A DNA stretch of 63,611 bases, filler included, from Octopus bimaculoides (GCF_001194135.2; 8 parts of 7 records of this genome joined end to end with filler, not necessarily neighbours in it), one strand, 5' to 3'; shown: positions 1 to 11,930, counted from the first letter of the whole stretch. The notes: a model not told the origin generated them from the sequence alone. Numbers and translations are program-made.

Positions 1-294
1 GTGCAGAGCGAGGCCAAAAACGGAGATGTTAGAGGGGGAGTGGTTGGCCAAGTAGAAGTGACGGGCGACGGGGGAGTCCGAACCTAACTGAACGTCCCTT
101 AGGTGTTCGGTGGAACGGTCGGACAGCCGGCGGCCCGTCTGCCCCACGTATAGTTTGTTGCATAGGTTGCATCTGATGCAGTAAATTAGGTTGGAGGAGG
201 TGCAGGTGAAACTATGTGGAATGTGAAGAGTGTGCTGGTTCGACCCTGTGACAGAGGTAGTGTTGGTGATGAAGGGGCGGTTTGACAGCGGGAT
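1..294 (-). mobile_element. Penelope-like element, GIY-YIG endonuclease fragment
   Basis: Manual translation of 294->1 gives 98 stop-free codons: ...FTCTSSNLIYCIRCNLCNKLYVGQTGRRLSDRSTEHLRDV...VARHF. This has the IY...YVG motif with an intervening CxxC plus the R..EH helix typical of PLE GIY-YIG. No ATG, so missed by the ORF track. Confidence 0.9.
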
Positions 295-318
295 NNNNNN
301 NNNNTATATATATATACA

Positions 319-350
<32 letters not shown>

Positions 351-351
<1 letters not shown>

Positions 352-562
352 ATGTTTGTGTGTCAGTGTTTGTCCCACCATCTTCGCTTGACAACCGATG
401 CTGGTGTATTTACGCCCCCGTAACTTAGCGGTTCGGCAAAAGAGACCGATAGAATAAGTACTAGGCTTACAAAGAATAAGTCCTGGGGTCGATTTGCTCG
501 ACTAAAGGCGGTGCCCCAGCATGGCCGCAGTGAAATGACTGAAACAAGTAAAAGAGTAAGAG
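351..562 (+). mobile_element. SINE family A, 3' half
   Basis: cgcttgacaaccgatgctggtg...gtaacttagcggttcggcaaaagagaccgatagaataagtact...atgactgaaacaagtaaaagag; matches the reverse complement of the full copy at 46488-46906. Confidence 0.9.
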
Positions 563-1571
563 TATATATATATATATATATATATATAAGCCCTATTTTA
601 CGTTTACTAATTGTAGTAGTAATAATTGGTACTTGTAAAGTATATATTAATTAGTACGATAATATTTTTAGTGAATATTATACCTTAATAATTAAATGAT
701 ACTATGATTTTTATAAAATAAATAATTTAAATATTCTAATTAATTTATTTAATGTAAATATATTAATTAATAATATTTTAGCTTCTTTCTTGTATGTCAT
801 CTAATTTACGTATTGTAGTCTCAATTTATTTAGAATTTAAAATTTTCCAGTAAATGTTTATGATATAGTTAATTTTTTATTATGATTACAACTAAAATAC
901 ATTTTGCTTTTATAAAAAAAAACTTAAATACATATTTATATATCTCTTTTTTCTATTACTTTTATTTAAGCCATATTTTCACGCGACTTAATTGTAATAA
1001 ACGCTAAATTAAAAGTATAGCGTTTAAAATTTTAGTTTAAACTAAAATTCGGATAAAATAAGTGTTGCATTTATTTTCAGTAATATTGTAAAATGTTTTT
1101 TTTTATTTATTGGTAAAATAAGTATTTTTATATAAATTCATTTGATATTTATTGTTAGCCGATATATATACATTCATTTTACTGTATTTTGACCCGAAGA
1201 TTAGCTATATTTTTGAATAGAATTGATTTTCGATCGATTTATTTTGAATCGATTTGATTTTTTATTTGTTTTTTTTTATTTTCTATTTGAAAATACGGTA
1301 ATGAAACACGTGTAGTCATTTGTAGTATTTTAATATTTTTTACTTTGTACTTTTTTGAGTTTTATTATAGGTCTTTTTAGTGTATTTACTTATTAAATTT
1401 TTCTATATGTGATTGTGGATTTTCATGGATGAATTAAATAATTGTGTTTTTTTTTCTAAATTATATATTTTATATATATACATACACACNNNNNNNNNNN
1501 NNNNNNNNNNNNNNNNNNNNNNNNNNNNNNNNNNNNNNNNNNNNNNNNNNNNNNNNNNNNNNNNNNNNNNN

Positions 1572-1609
<38 letters not shown>

Positions 1610-1717
1610 TATATAAACACATATATACGAACAGCCAGCCATCAGACATATAGATACACGGTGGATAAGACTGATGGACAATTCTCAACCATACTAAATA
1701 TGTAGTTATGAAGAGAA

Positions 1718-1856
1718 TCAAGAGTTCTTTCTGTTTCTCTGATCGACATTGTCATCCCTGAAGACATGATCTCTCTTGTGTGTCTGATTGGCAGAATGTC
1801 TTTCACTCTCCTCTCGTTTGAAGTTTTCGGCTTTGATGGTTGTTGAAATGCATATA
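1718..1856 (-). CDS. Candidate terminal coding exon of an unknown gene
   Basis: Acceptor tatttatag at 1857-1858; open frame (N)ICISTTIKAENFKREESERHSANQTHKRDHVFRDDNVDQRNRKNS*; phase-compatible with exon 1954-2035 across a 97-bp GT-AG intron. Confidence 0.5.
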
Positions 1857-1953
1857 CTATAAATATACATATGCATTATTGTTCGCATATATACAAAAGA
1901 ATGCTGGTGGAACATAAGAAAAAAAAAACTCAACTAAATTAAAACACAGTTAC

Positions 1954-2035
1954 TTTGATATTGCTGTCTGGATATTGCTGAAGTCAGCGGTCGACTTGAC
2001 CTCAATGCGGTAAGAAATATTAAGATGAAAGTCAT
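1954..2035 (-). CDS. Candidate internal coding exon (82 bp)
   Basis: caacag|AT GAC...TCA AA|gtaact; encodes DFHLNISYRIEVKSTADFSNIQTAIS; phases fit both neighbouring exons. Confidence 0.5.
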
Positions 2036-2228
2036 CTGTTGATCATAGATGAGGGAATCTACGAAGGCAGTACTGAAGTATAGTTTCAACTTTATACATT
2101 GTTATATATATNNNNNNNNNNAAGGTTATTATCGCCGGAAGCACAAGATATGTATCAGCTCGCATGTTTCAAAGTATGGTTGAACTTTGATTATTGAAGA
2201 GAGAACATTAGTACATAACACATGTTAC

Positions 2229-2270
2229 ATTTATCTGGGAAAGTAAAAGCTTTCTTAAAATTCAAAAAGA
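2229..2270 (-). CDS. Candidate internal coding exon (42 bp)
   Basis: ttttcag|TC TTT...AAA T|gtaaca; encodes FLNFKKAFTFPDK; its phase-1 end joins AT of the next exon to give Tyr. Confidence 0.45.
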
Positions 2271-2761
2271 CTGAAAAAGATATGCAAAAGATGACGAAAA
2301 TTAAAGACCTATTTCTTTCAATACTGTTCTTTTACAACCCTATAATTGAGCTGCTGACTGGCCAAAATAAACCTTAACACCTTTACTAGGAAAAGAAAAA
2401 TGCAAGTGTTTACAGATCAATGACTACAAATACATTTACATTAACGATGAGACATATGAAAGCATATTAATGACAGCATATCGTATCCATATATTGACTG
2501 ACATAATAGCTATAAATTAAACACTCAGAAAGACTCACATTATAAAAAGACGTGAAAACGGTTGTAACAACATTTATTGGAATCAAACGTCAGTCTAACC
2601 ACTTCATCACTATTGGTATAATTATTATTTCTACAATCAAAATAGATAAAATCAATAGAATGAAGTTCATCAAGGACTAAAGTGAGTATTTTCCTGCATA
2701 CGAGTCGATATAGTATAAAATGTAAACATATGTAAACATTGAAACACCGTCACTATCTTAC

Positions 2762-3264
2762 CAAATCCAGCTGCGTTTCACATGGAAGTCCTGTTCCTCC
2801 AAAGTCGTTTTGGTGCATAAGTCGACTTAATAGTTGGTAGTAATGTTTAGTCTGAAAATTTCTACTTCTATGTCAGAAAATACGGCAATTAAGTCAACCA
2901 ATTCTTTCTGAAAACCAAAAGAATGGAATTTGTAATGTTGATAGTTGATAGGTATGAGAAAAATCTAAGTGTGCGTGGGAAGATAGATCGATACACCATA
3001 TGGCCCTTTAGTAAAGAAGTTCACAATTACTTAATTCCGGGTTCAATCACACAGACCAGCACTTTCATGAAATGGTGTGCGCCCACATTTTTGTCTTTCG
3101 CTGATATATATCGACGAGAAATTAGAAGTAAATATATTGGCGTGTTTGAACGGTAATCCCTTGTGTGATAGTTAGATTGTTATTCTGTCCTTATTGCAAA
3201 GACAATCTCTTGTTTATCTCGCTATCTTAAAATATAGTGAACTTGTCATTGGTTGCCTTCTAAC
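2762..3264 (-). pseudogene. Possible further (decayed) exons of the same minus-strand gene
   Basis: Splice-bounded segment 2762-2851 is open (TKHYYQLLSRLMHQNDFGGTGLPCETQLDL|gtaag). Segment 3031-3264 (tttttcag...|gtaatt) has three in-frame stops in 77 codons. No single consistent chain to the 3' exons could be established. Confidence 0.3.
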
Positions 3265-4185
3265 CTGAAAAATTTCGTTATATATATATATATATATATA
3301 TATATATNNNNNNNNNNNNNNNNNNNNNNNNNNNNNNNNNNNNNNNNNNNNNNNNNNATATATGTATGTATACATATGTATATAAAACTTATCGCAACAG
3401 AAATAGAAGCAAGAACAGGAAATCGAAACGTCCAATGGATTCAGACAGACGTGTGATTAAGGAGTTCACTTTACGATTACATAGGTTCAAATTCGATCAC
3501 AATGTGCAGCAGTTTGGGTAAATGTATTTTGAAATAATAGTCTTGGGTCGATCTAAGCTTAATGGGAGAAATTAGGTAAATAACGGTGGTGCCCCAGCGT
3601 AGCTGCAACTCTCGAGCCGAAACTAATAAAAGAGAAAATGAAAACTGTGCCGAAGTCCGTCGGATGGTTTGGACTTGTTTCGTGGTTGGCTTAATTTACC
3701 GTCCGGTCCAATACCTCCATTTGATGACTGGTTTCGGCCCAAGTCCCCACGACACGTAATTTCTAGCTTCATTTCTCCAACGATATTTATTGTTTTCTTT
3801 TTTGCGTTATGAGTTCAAATCACATCGAAGTCCATTTTGTATTTTCTCTTTCACAAGTGATAAAGTACCAGTTTAGGGCTGTGGACTGGTAAAGACCTGA
3901 GAGCATCAGACGAGTTGTCTCACCATGTTTGTTCCTGATCTTTCCGTTCTGAGTTCAAATCCCGCTCAGGACTACCTTTGTGAGAAACGCAATCGTTAGC
4001 CAGTTTAGCACCAGCACCTGGTTCTTAAGTATCTTTAGTGGAGTTTACTCTGCAGTAAACGTTCGGGTCAGGTTTATGGTTTGAAAATACTTTTCTCTGT
4101 CCCTCCTCTCTCTAGTCGTGGATCTCTGTAAAGGAACTGCTATCCTCTCTTGAGTTACCGATTAAAAAAAAGACCACCACGGTTT

Positions 4186-4188
<3 letters not shown>

Positions 4189-4239
<51 letters not shown>
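4189..4239. repeat. (ACT)n microsatellite
   Basis: Perfect trinucleotide run. Confidence 0.95.
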
Positions 4240-4552
4240 TACCTTTCCTCCATTGACTAAGCTAAACATAAAGACCCAAGTTTATTAACTCATTAAAAAC
4301 AGATTCGAAGATGTTTACATGGTGGCACACTAAATCGGACTCTGCTCTGAAACAAATATAAGATTTAATAATTTGAAATGTGTAATATGTTATTTCATAA
4401 ATATTTGAATCTATAGATATGCCTCCACATATAAGCATAATAGATACAGTGAAAAACATATAACTTGATACCAACATACATTGCCTCAATTTAACCAAGA
4501 AGCTGACGATGAAGAACGCGCTCCTATCCTTTATTACATTAATTCTATTATA

Positions 4553-5431
4553 CGAAGAGGTACCCAAAAGAAACCGGAATTTTGCAATATTATTTTATTC
4601 ACTTAGTTTTACATGTTTAATTTTTATCGCCTTCAAAGTATTCTCCATTTGAAGCAATGCAACGGTCCAGACGCGTTTTCCACTGTTGGAAGCAGTACTG
4701 GAACTCTTGCGAAGTGATGTCTTTTGACGCCTCCATATTTTTTCTTCACCTCTTCCACATCTGTAAGTTCCTTAACACCAACTTTCGTTACCAGTGATGA
4801 CTTTTGAAAAAGCTATGGATCAACTTCCAACTGTTCTTTCAGTTCACGACACGCACTCAGTCGTGATTGCTTTCGATCTTCCGTGAGCAAGCGAAGTACA
4901 GATTTTGCTGCAACTCTTTTCATTCACAATTCCTCGTTAAAAAGTCGTTGGCGGGAGCTCCAGGAATCATCAGTCGTCAATTGTTTGGTGACGGTCCTTC
5001 GAGATCAGTTCATGAATTTTCATGATATTTTCATTTGTTCGGGATTTCGACGGTCGACCTGAACGAGGTTGATCCTCAAGTGACAAATGACTATTTCTAA
5101 AGCGTGAAAACCACTCGTAAACTTGTGCTTTGCTCATAGCAGCGTAATTGTAAGCTGTTTGATGCATGACAATTAATTCAAACGCCGTTTTCCTCGGCAG
5201 AAAACAGAAGCACGCTGTTCTTTCGTTTCAACCATCGCAAAAATCGACAAACAGCGCAGAAGTACTGCAAAACAAAAGATGCACCATGTGGCATTAAGAC
5301 TACACTGGAGAACGCCGGTCGGCATACTGATGCCCAAGGGCCGCATCAAGTGATTTCTAGCGGCGGAAGCCTGAACTACAAAGGGCTTGTCCCACAGAGA
5401 GCGTTTCCGGTTACTTTTGGGTACTCCCTTG
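4553..5431 (-). mobile_element. Internally deleted mariner (non-autonomous)
   Basis: TA TSD on both sides; ~27-bp imperfect TIRs (cgaagaggtacccaaaagaaaccggaa / rc caagggagtacccaaaagtaaccggaa). Transposase N-terminus (EQRASV..., VYEWFSRF, EDQPRSGRP, KRVAAK) and C-terminus (FQQWKTRLDRCIASNGEYFEGD) are present; the DD34D core is deleted. Confidence 0.92.
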
Positions 5432-5612
5432 TACACACTCAAATATACAACAACAACCGGAAAGAAAACATGAATAGTCATGGCTGAAACGCCTACGATC
5501 ATAGATCTGTTCAGAAAACGTGTTGCAGTGACAATGACAACAACAAGATAAAAACTAACAACAGCAACACCATCCCGCCATCGCCACGACGACAATAACC
5601 ATCACCAACAGT

Positions 5613-5613
5613 T

Positions 5614-5668
<55 letters not shown>

Positions 5669-5710
5669 CAGTAGCAGCAGCAACAACAACAACAACAACA
5701 ACAGCAACAA
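5613..5710. repeat. Compound (GTA)n/(GCA)/(ACA)n microsatellite
   Basis: Direct inspection. Confidence 0.95.
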
Positions 5711-6858
5711 AAGATGTTATTGACAAGCAAGTCCTGTAATAATGGAATGCAATTTTTCCCGGCGGGGATTGCCAATTAGTTTGTTTTCATGTGACAAAAC
5801 ATAACAGCTTTCATCAGTTGAACAACCAAACATTCATTAATCACCGCCATAAAAATCACCATTTATTTATGCTCGGGGTTTTTGAGAAATAAATACTTGA
5901 CTGTTGTCTAACATTGTGATAAAAGAAACTTGTTATGTAGCCCTACTGGATATGCTAAAAATATCAGCCAAATTTCCTTCACTTACTGCCTTGAAGACCT
6001 AAGGGAAACAGGGAGACACAATGGATAACATAGTCCTAATTCACAATGCTCGAAAGAAGCAATAAAAAAAAAAAATACAAGATCAACAAAGCTGGAATGA
6101 CATTTTAAATTACTGTTTAATTTAAAGTTTTGTATTGAAAATAGGGCTGTTCCTAGGGGCCCTTAGCAGTTAAATTCACATGATTAATATATTTCCTGAA
6201 CAACAAATCGATGGCTGCAAAGACAGCTGGGGAGCCAGTAGAAAGGGCAGAATAGAAAAATGCAGTTGGTGCGGGGACTGAGGTGGAGGCGAAATAGAAG
6301 TATGAATAGGTTGAGAGTGGTCCTGATATGGTGAGGAGGAGGAGTAAAAAGGGAGCCGTGTGGGGTTGATTAATTGTGGCAAAACGAATAGAGAAGTGAG
6401 AGTGAGGAGACCTGGCAAACGGCAGCATATCAAACAGTCCATGTTGGCGTAGGCGTTAAATGCCAACAACAAATGACTGATCATATTGTCACGGTTTTGC
6501 TTTAAAAGGCGATGCAAAGAAATGGCCTCGTTGTATAATAACAGAAGTTAAGCTTCCCAGTAAAAACTGTAAGATTAGCCATAAAATATCGTCCGTATAT
6601 TTAAATATTGATATCTTTACTGAGAGTACCCATATCTATTTATGTGTACATATGTGTGTGCTTGCGTGTGTGTAAGTGAATGAGAGATAGAGGGAGGAGA
6701 GAGGGAAAGAAAGAAGGGTTAGGTGGAGAAAGGGATCTAGTATATTTAGATGTCTTTAGCTAATGAATACTTTAACATAACTTTACGTTGTTAACTTACT
6801 CTAAAATAAATCGCCATATTCTGTAATGTGATGGTCTCTTATTTCCAGATGCACGATA

Positions 6859-6859
<1 letters not shown>

Positions 6860-6926
<67 letters not shown>
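6860..6926. repeat. (CA)n microsatellite
   Basis: Direct inspection. Confidence 0.95.
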
Positions 6927-6927
<1 letters not shown>

Positions 6928-8056
6928 ACTTGGCAGAAACGTACATAATTTTACATATATATATGTATATATACACAGACTGACAAACACACACACACAT
7001 ACACAAACATATATACACACACATACACAGATACTTACACGTGCAGATAAATACGTGTGCATACAGCATGCGTATACAGATATTTGTCAGCATATGTATG
7101 TGTGTTTTCTTCAATACATGTGTAGTAAAATTGATTTTTCACACACAGGACCAATTATTCGAGTTCAAAATATGCAAGCAATTCCGGATTTTTCAGAATT
7201 AGTTACCTATATATATAAAAGTTAGGATATTATAATACACACACACACACACACACATGCATATATATATATTCATACAAATACACACACTCACATATAT
7301 ACTTGTGTAAAAGGTTGAATGTGGATTCGTCCTTTAATTGGAGCGGTTTCCAAAAAGATTTCTAGCGTTGATTCTTCATAATTTGCTAAGAGTTTAGTGG
7401 TGTATATTGGCGTAGATATGAAAAGTGGTAATAATATATTAAGTGTATGGTTAATTTGTGGAATTAAGTTCTACAAATCCAATCATATTTGTCAAAAATA
7501 GAGGAGATAAGATGTTAAAAATTTGTAAGAAGTTTATTCATGCATACAATCGTTTTGTACATAGATTTAAATGCATTTTAGAATTTGCAAATATCAAAGT
7601 ACTCATCAGTGCAGAAAAAATAATAGGAACTTATAAAAAGAGCAGAGAAGTTGGATATATGAGTTTCATGTTTATCTGTTCCTATCCATGAGTGATAGTG
7701 ATGGGAGTAGTGTAACTTATTAAACCACGACTAACGGATGAACGGTTAGGGAATAATAAACACATAGAGATAACTATAACTTTCTCTCTATAGATTAGTA
7801 TAGACTGGTTAATTGTAGCTCCATATATGCAGCATAGGGCGAGTTAATTAGAGGAATGGAGAAATATCCAATGAGAAAACATTACTCTTTTCCTTGTTTC
7901 AGTCAATTATCTTCTGCAGAACTGTTTCCGGGATTTAGCGCGCCAGAGCTGAGACATTTGAAAATAACCTCAATGTAATCGGTAGACCTGTACCCACGCC
8001 AAACTTTATGAAGACAATTCGTGTATAGTTCTGCAAATTATATTGAATTAGAACGG

Positions 8057-8124
8057 TCGTACTGACGAGCCACGGACGTTTTAACGTAAGTAAAAAAGAG
8101 TTAATGGCGAAACCCGGTCTACGA
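8057..8124 (+). ncRNA. Type I hammerhead ribozyme motif with canonical core
   Basis: Stem I TCGTA(8057-61)/TACGA(8120-24); core CTGACGA(8062-68); stem II GCCA/TGGC; GAAA(8109-12); near-palindromic stem III ACCCGGT; GUC cleavage triplet (C at 8119). Confidence 0.8.
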
Positions 8125-8370
8125 TTAATTCTTTATTTAGTATATTTTCATTTGTTCTGGTGTTTGCTGATTTTTTCTGGAGAACATTCTTTTCTTTGTG
8201 GTTAGATCGTAGGTGATCTTTTTCTAGCATAGCGGATGTCCACTTAGTGGTCATCCCTTCTTATACGCCGGTAATACAATTTTTCTGAATTTTCAGATTT
8301 TTTATATGCTAGGTCACTGGTTTTAAATTGATGTTAATTCAATTTATCACCCTCAGTATATATGTGTGTG

Positions 8371-8747
8371 TGTAACGATTTAAATGTATCAAATAAACGA
8401 CAGGAAGAAAATTTGTCCTTGATTTTATCGTTATAATAGAAGCAATTTCTCCGAGTTGTACAAAGATTAGTCTTTTAGTCTTTAGGTAGTTAAGTTTACC
8501 TGTGAGTGACTGCTAGAAGAGGGAAGGAAGAGGAGAGAGAAAGAATAAGAGAATTCCTCAATCTGTATTGACAAGTAGTGTGGGTGAAAGTTGTATTGTC
8601 CTACGGTGACAAGTCGTTACTGAAGTGCTCCTTTGGGCAAGCGCTAGACGGAAGGGGCGAAAGAAGTTGAACTGAGCCTAGAAACTGTGCTTATATATGC
8701 TGGCAAGTTGGATGTAGGTCGAAGAACAAGAACCCACGAATGTTACC
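8371..8747 (-). mobile_element. Possible solo LTR
   Basis: Ends TGTAAC...GTTAC(C) are inverted-complementary; TATA-like TATATAAG on the minus strand near 8690. No TSD seen. Confidence 0.25.
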
Positions 8748-9060
8748 TCAATAACAAAGCTTACTGAGCCAGTTTCTAAATGTGTTCTCAATCCATGTTA
8801 TAACTTGAACATTTCTGGCAGAAGTCTGCGGAAGGTTCAGAGATCTAGTGTATCTGGCGTTGTGGTCGTGTGTAGTTACCATGGAGAAACAAGGACGACA
8901 AAGTGTAAGAGACATGCTGGTGTGCTGAGCAAGGTAAACTTTATATATACTGTTGGAGTCGTATGGAGGTAAGTGTGGGGTGTTTAGAAGCGAGGGCACA
9001 GACAGCACGATCTCTTCTGTTCTATATTTTAGAGATGAGGAATTCTGTACATAATTTAAT

Positions 9061-9254
9061 TTATTTACATTGGACGGATATATGTCCTCATTTTGTTTGT
9101 TGTTACCACAACGTTTCGGCTGATTTACTCTCCAGCCTTCATCAAGTGTACACTTACCAGGACACCTGATGAAGGCTGAAGAGTAAATCAGCCGAGACGT
9201 TGTGGTAACAAAAAAAAAAAACGATGGGGACACATATGCGTCCAATGTAAATAA
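9061..9254. mobile_element. Inverted pair of Penelope-type terminal repeats, each with a hammerhead motif
   Basis: Arms 9061-9149 and 9162-9254 are reverse-complementary. Right arm: acac-CTGATGA-A-GGCTG..CAGCC-GAGAC-GT-T-GTG. Left arm (minus): acac-TTGATGA-A-GGCTG..CAGCC-GAAAC-GT-T-GTG. Confidence 0.8.
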
Positions 9255-9439
9255 TGTAAATAAAGTACGATCTATGTTTCATAATGCGAAAAACATCCGA
9301 CGTGCGTTGAGTTGGAGAAAAGAACTGAGTAGGCACAGATATGGAAACAAATTAATGAAGGTACAAAGGTGTGTACTTGGGTGTAGGTATGCTTGTATAT
9401 ATGAACGTACTTTATTTACATTATTTTAATGAATTAACC

Positions 9440-10960
9440 ACTTATTTTCAAAAGCTTCACACTTAGCTGCACTAAACTAGGATTTATGCCTATTTCCTCT
9501 ATCCATATGTTCAAATCTTTAGGAATAGTTCTTAATGCACCTCTACCTACAGGGATACATTTGGACCGCACTTTCCATAGCCTCTGTGTCTAAATGGCTA
9601 GGTCCTGGTACTATGCTATTTTCTCTTACCATTCATATTGACTTTCCCGTCATTTGGGACTGTAAAGAATTACCTGGCACTTTCTATACTCTTTGTCTAC
9701 TACTTCTAATTCAGGCCATCTAGCTTCTATTGCTCTGTTAAGCTGAATGTTAAAATCCCACAGCATCTTATATTTCTTAGTTTCTAACACTTTAGTAGGT
9801 TCATGTTCATACTACTTATCAGTATGGTCAGATCCAAGCTTTCTACTTAACTCCCAGTGGATTATTCTCTCTAGGTTGGCATGTCTTTCCTTGTATTCTT
9901 TCTGCGCCAATATACTACATTCGACTGATATTCTTTTTTTGATTTACATAACCTACATTGTGAGTCTACCTGATTTTTGTTTATCTTGGCTTGTATCCAG
10001 TTAATCCTCAATGCTGGATCTTGTGCTGCTACTAACAAACCATCTCCCTTTTCAGCCTTCCTTTCTGCAACCGCAACCGTGTCTCTCTATGAATATTTTA
10101 TGAAACTGTCTTTGGAACTATACCTTGTAAAGTCTTCTTTTGCCAGTCAGATAATCTTGCTTCTTTTTCTGGCTTTTAACTTCATTTGGCATTTTGGTTT
10201 CCCTATGTCTTACTGTTACTCTAGCAGCTCTTAATAAACTCACTATTACCTACATAGGAGGCTATATCTATTCTAGCTAACTCCACAGTCTTCTATTGAT
10301 ATTAAACCTCTACCATCTTCCTTTCAAGTTAAATACAATCTTGTTACTCCTGCTCTAGGATGAAGTCCTCCATTCAGCCTAGTTCTGTCTAGACTTGCTA
10401 ATTCAGATTTAGTCCACTCTACAAAATCTAAGTAACGATACTGCCCAAATATTTACAGCCTTCACTAGGTTCAGACCATTTAGCATTGACTTCATTAATC
10501 TCTTAACCCTTCCGATGTACACCTTAATATTCTCTTTCATTTCTATGCTCTGTCAGATTCTAATACTCCCAGATACTTATAACTTTCTCCTTTCAGTAAT
10601 TTTAACTGAATGTCTTCACAGCTGGCTACCTGTCCCTTTTTATGACCAATATTGCGCATTTAACTATGCCTAATTTCATACCTATATCTTTGCCAAAAAG
10701 TCTTACTCTTTGTATTAAAGGATCTATCTCATTTTTATACTCACTTAAAAGCTTCAGATCGTCCATGTGAAACAAATGGTTAATTATCCCTTTATTATCT
10801 CAAAATGACACCCTGCCTTTGCCTTTCTTAACTGATGGGAATTAAGCATTTTATTCTTGTATTAAAAGGACAGGTGACATTAATTATATAACAAGTCCGT
10901 TCACTCTTCTCAAACACCAAGATATCTGGCCTATTTTGCACTAAAAGTCCCAAGCAAGTT
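9440..10960 (-). mobile_element. Degraded RLE-type non-LTR retrotransposon (R4/Dong-like), 3' half
   Basis: RT motifs NHLFHMDDLKL (~10750-10782) and GESYKYLGV (~10565-10590); C-terminal GALRTIPKDLNIWIEEIGINPSLVQ typical of this family. Many stops and frameshifts. Confidence 0.85.
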
Positions 10961-10974
10961 TAACTTCATCATTC

Positions 10975-11150
10975 TCAGTAAGTACCAGTTGAACAATGAG
11001 ATCGATGTAATCGACTATCTCCCTCCCTCAAAATTGCTCGACTATCTCCCTCCCTCAAAATTGCTCGACTATCTCCCTCTCTCAAAATTGCTCGACTATC
11101 TTCCTTCCTCCCTCGAAATTGCTGTCCTGCCAAAATTTGAAACCATTATG
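10975..11150 (+). repeat. SINE body containing a 27-bp tandem repeat x~4
   Basis: Unit tcgactatctccctccctcaaaattgc starts at 11011, 11038, 11065 and 11092, embedded in aagtaccagttg...aatcgact...ccaaaatttgaaacc (the SINE family M 3' region). Confidence 0.85.
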
Positions 11151-11699
11151 AAAGTTACTGGTTTATCGAGTATGGCGGGTGTATTGGACAGTGTATTTGT
11201 ACGGTAGATAAGCAACTGTTTTACCGAATATATTTACTGTTTGATGATGCGTTTGTATTGTAAATAATACTGTTTTACCTTGTATGTCTGATATGCACAG
11301 GTTTGCATTGTAAACGCCGCTGCTTTACTGAGTATGACTTTTGTTTGTTAATGTGTATTCTTTATAGATAAATGAGTGTTTTAGCGATCTGTTTGATATG
11401 TGTGATGATGTAGCTTTTTATTGTTTTTCATGTTTAGTCCGTACGGAGGTAGTCCGTATTGAACATACCTAAGGTCATAAATATTTCTGCTGTGATTTAC
11501 CCATCTTTTTTTTTACAAGCATAGTGCGTATAGGATAACATTACCGAACGTATACTTTCTGTTTGGAGATGGTATGGTGTAATTTCTGGGAGATTTTGCT
11601 GACATTTTTAGTAAGACCATAACTTATGATATATAGTTGGAACAAATTTGCAGATAATTTTTCTCCCATATAATCAAAGAATTAATTTTCATCTATTGG

Positions 11700-11930
11700 A
11701 CTATTAAGCAAGCATTTTATGTTTTCAAGGTCATTTAAAACGATAATTGGAGGATTTTTACTTGTTCTAATAATGTTTGTTTAGAGTTTGTCTAGAGGTA
11801 GCCTTTTTGTAAACTTTGGTACTGATCTCCCAATCATGAAATTGTAAATTATCTTCTTTATGGTTAATTTCTCTTACTAGTAGTAATTCATCTAAGAACT
11901 AAAATATTGTTTTGTCTCTGAATCGATGGA
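11700..11930 (-). mobile_element. Penelope-like RT/thumb remnant
   Basis: Minus frame FLDELLLVREINHKEDNLQFHDWEISTKVYKKAT resembles the PLE RT motif FLD...TxVYRKPT; heavily decayed. Confidence 0.45.

Noticed and set aside
3720-3780. GAAACCAGTC on the minus strand, hammerhead-like
   Set aside because: No recognisable CUGANGA upstream.
6153-6517. Two overlapping minus-strand ORFs (91 and 113 aa)
   Set aside because: They reflect purine/pyrimidine strand skew, with no recognisable motif or splice support.
8748-9245. 165-aa minus-strand ORF
   Set aside because: Its N-terminal half is the hammerhead inverted repeat and the rest has no convincing motif; probably PLE-associated but unsupported.
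10989-11207. ORF with repeated LLDYLPPSK peptide; superficially CRISPR-like or a repeat protein
   Set aside because: It is a 27-bp head-to-tail repeat with no spacers, inside a SINE.
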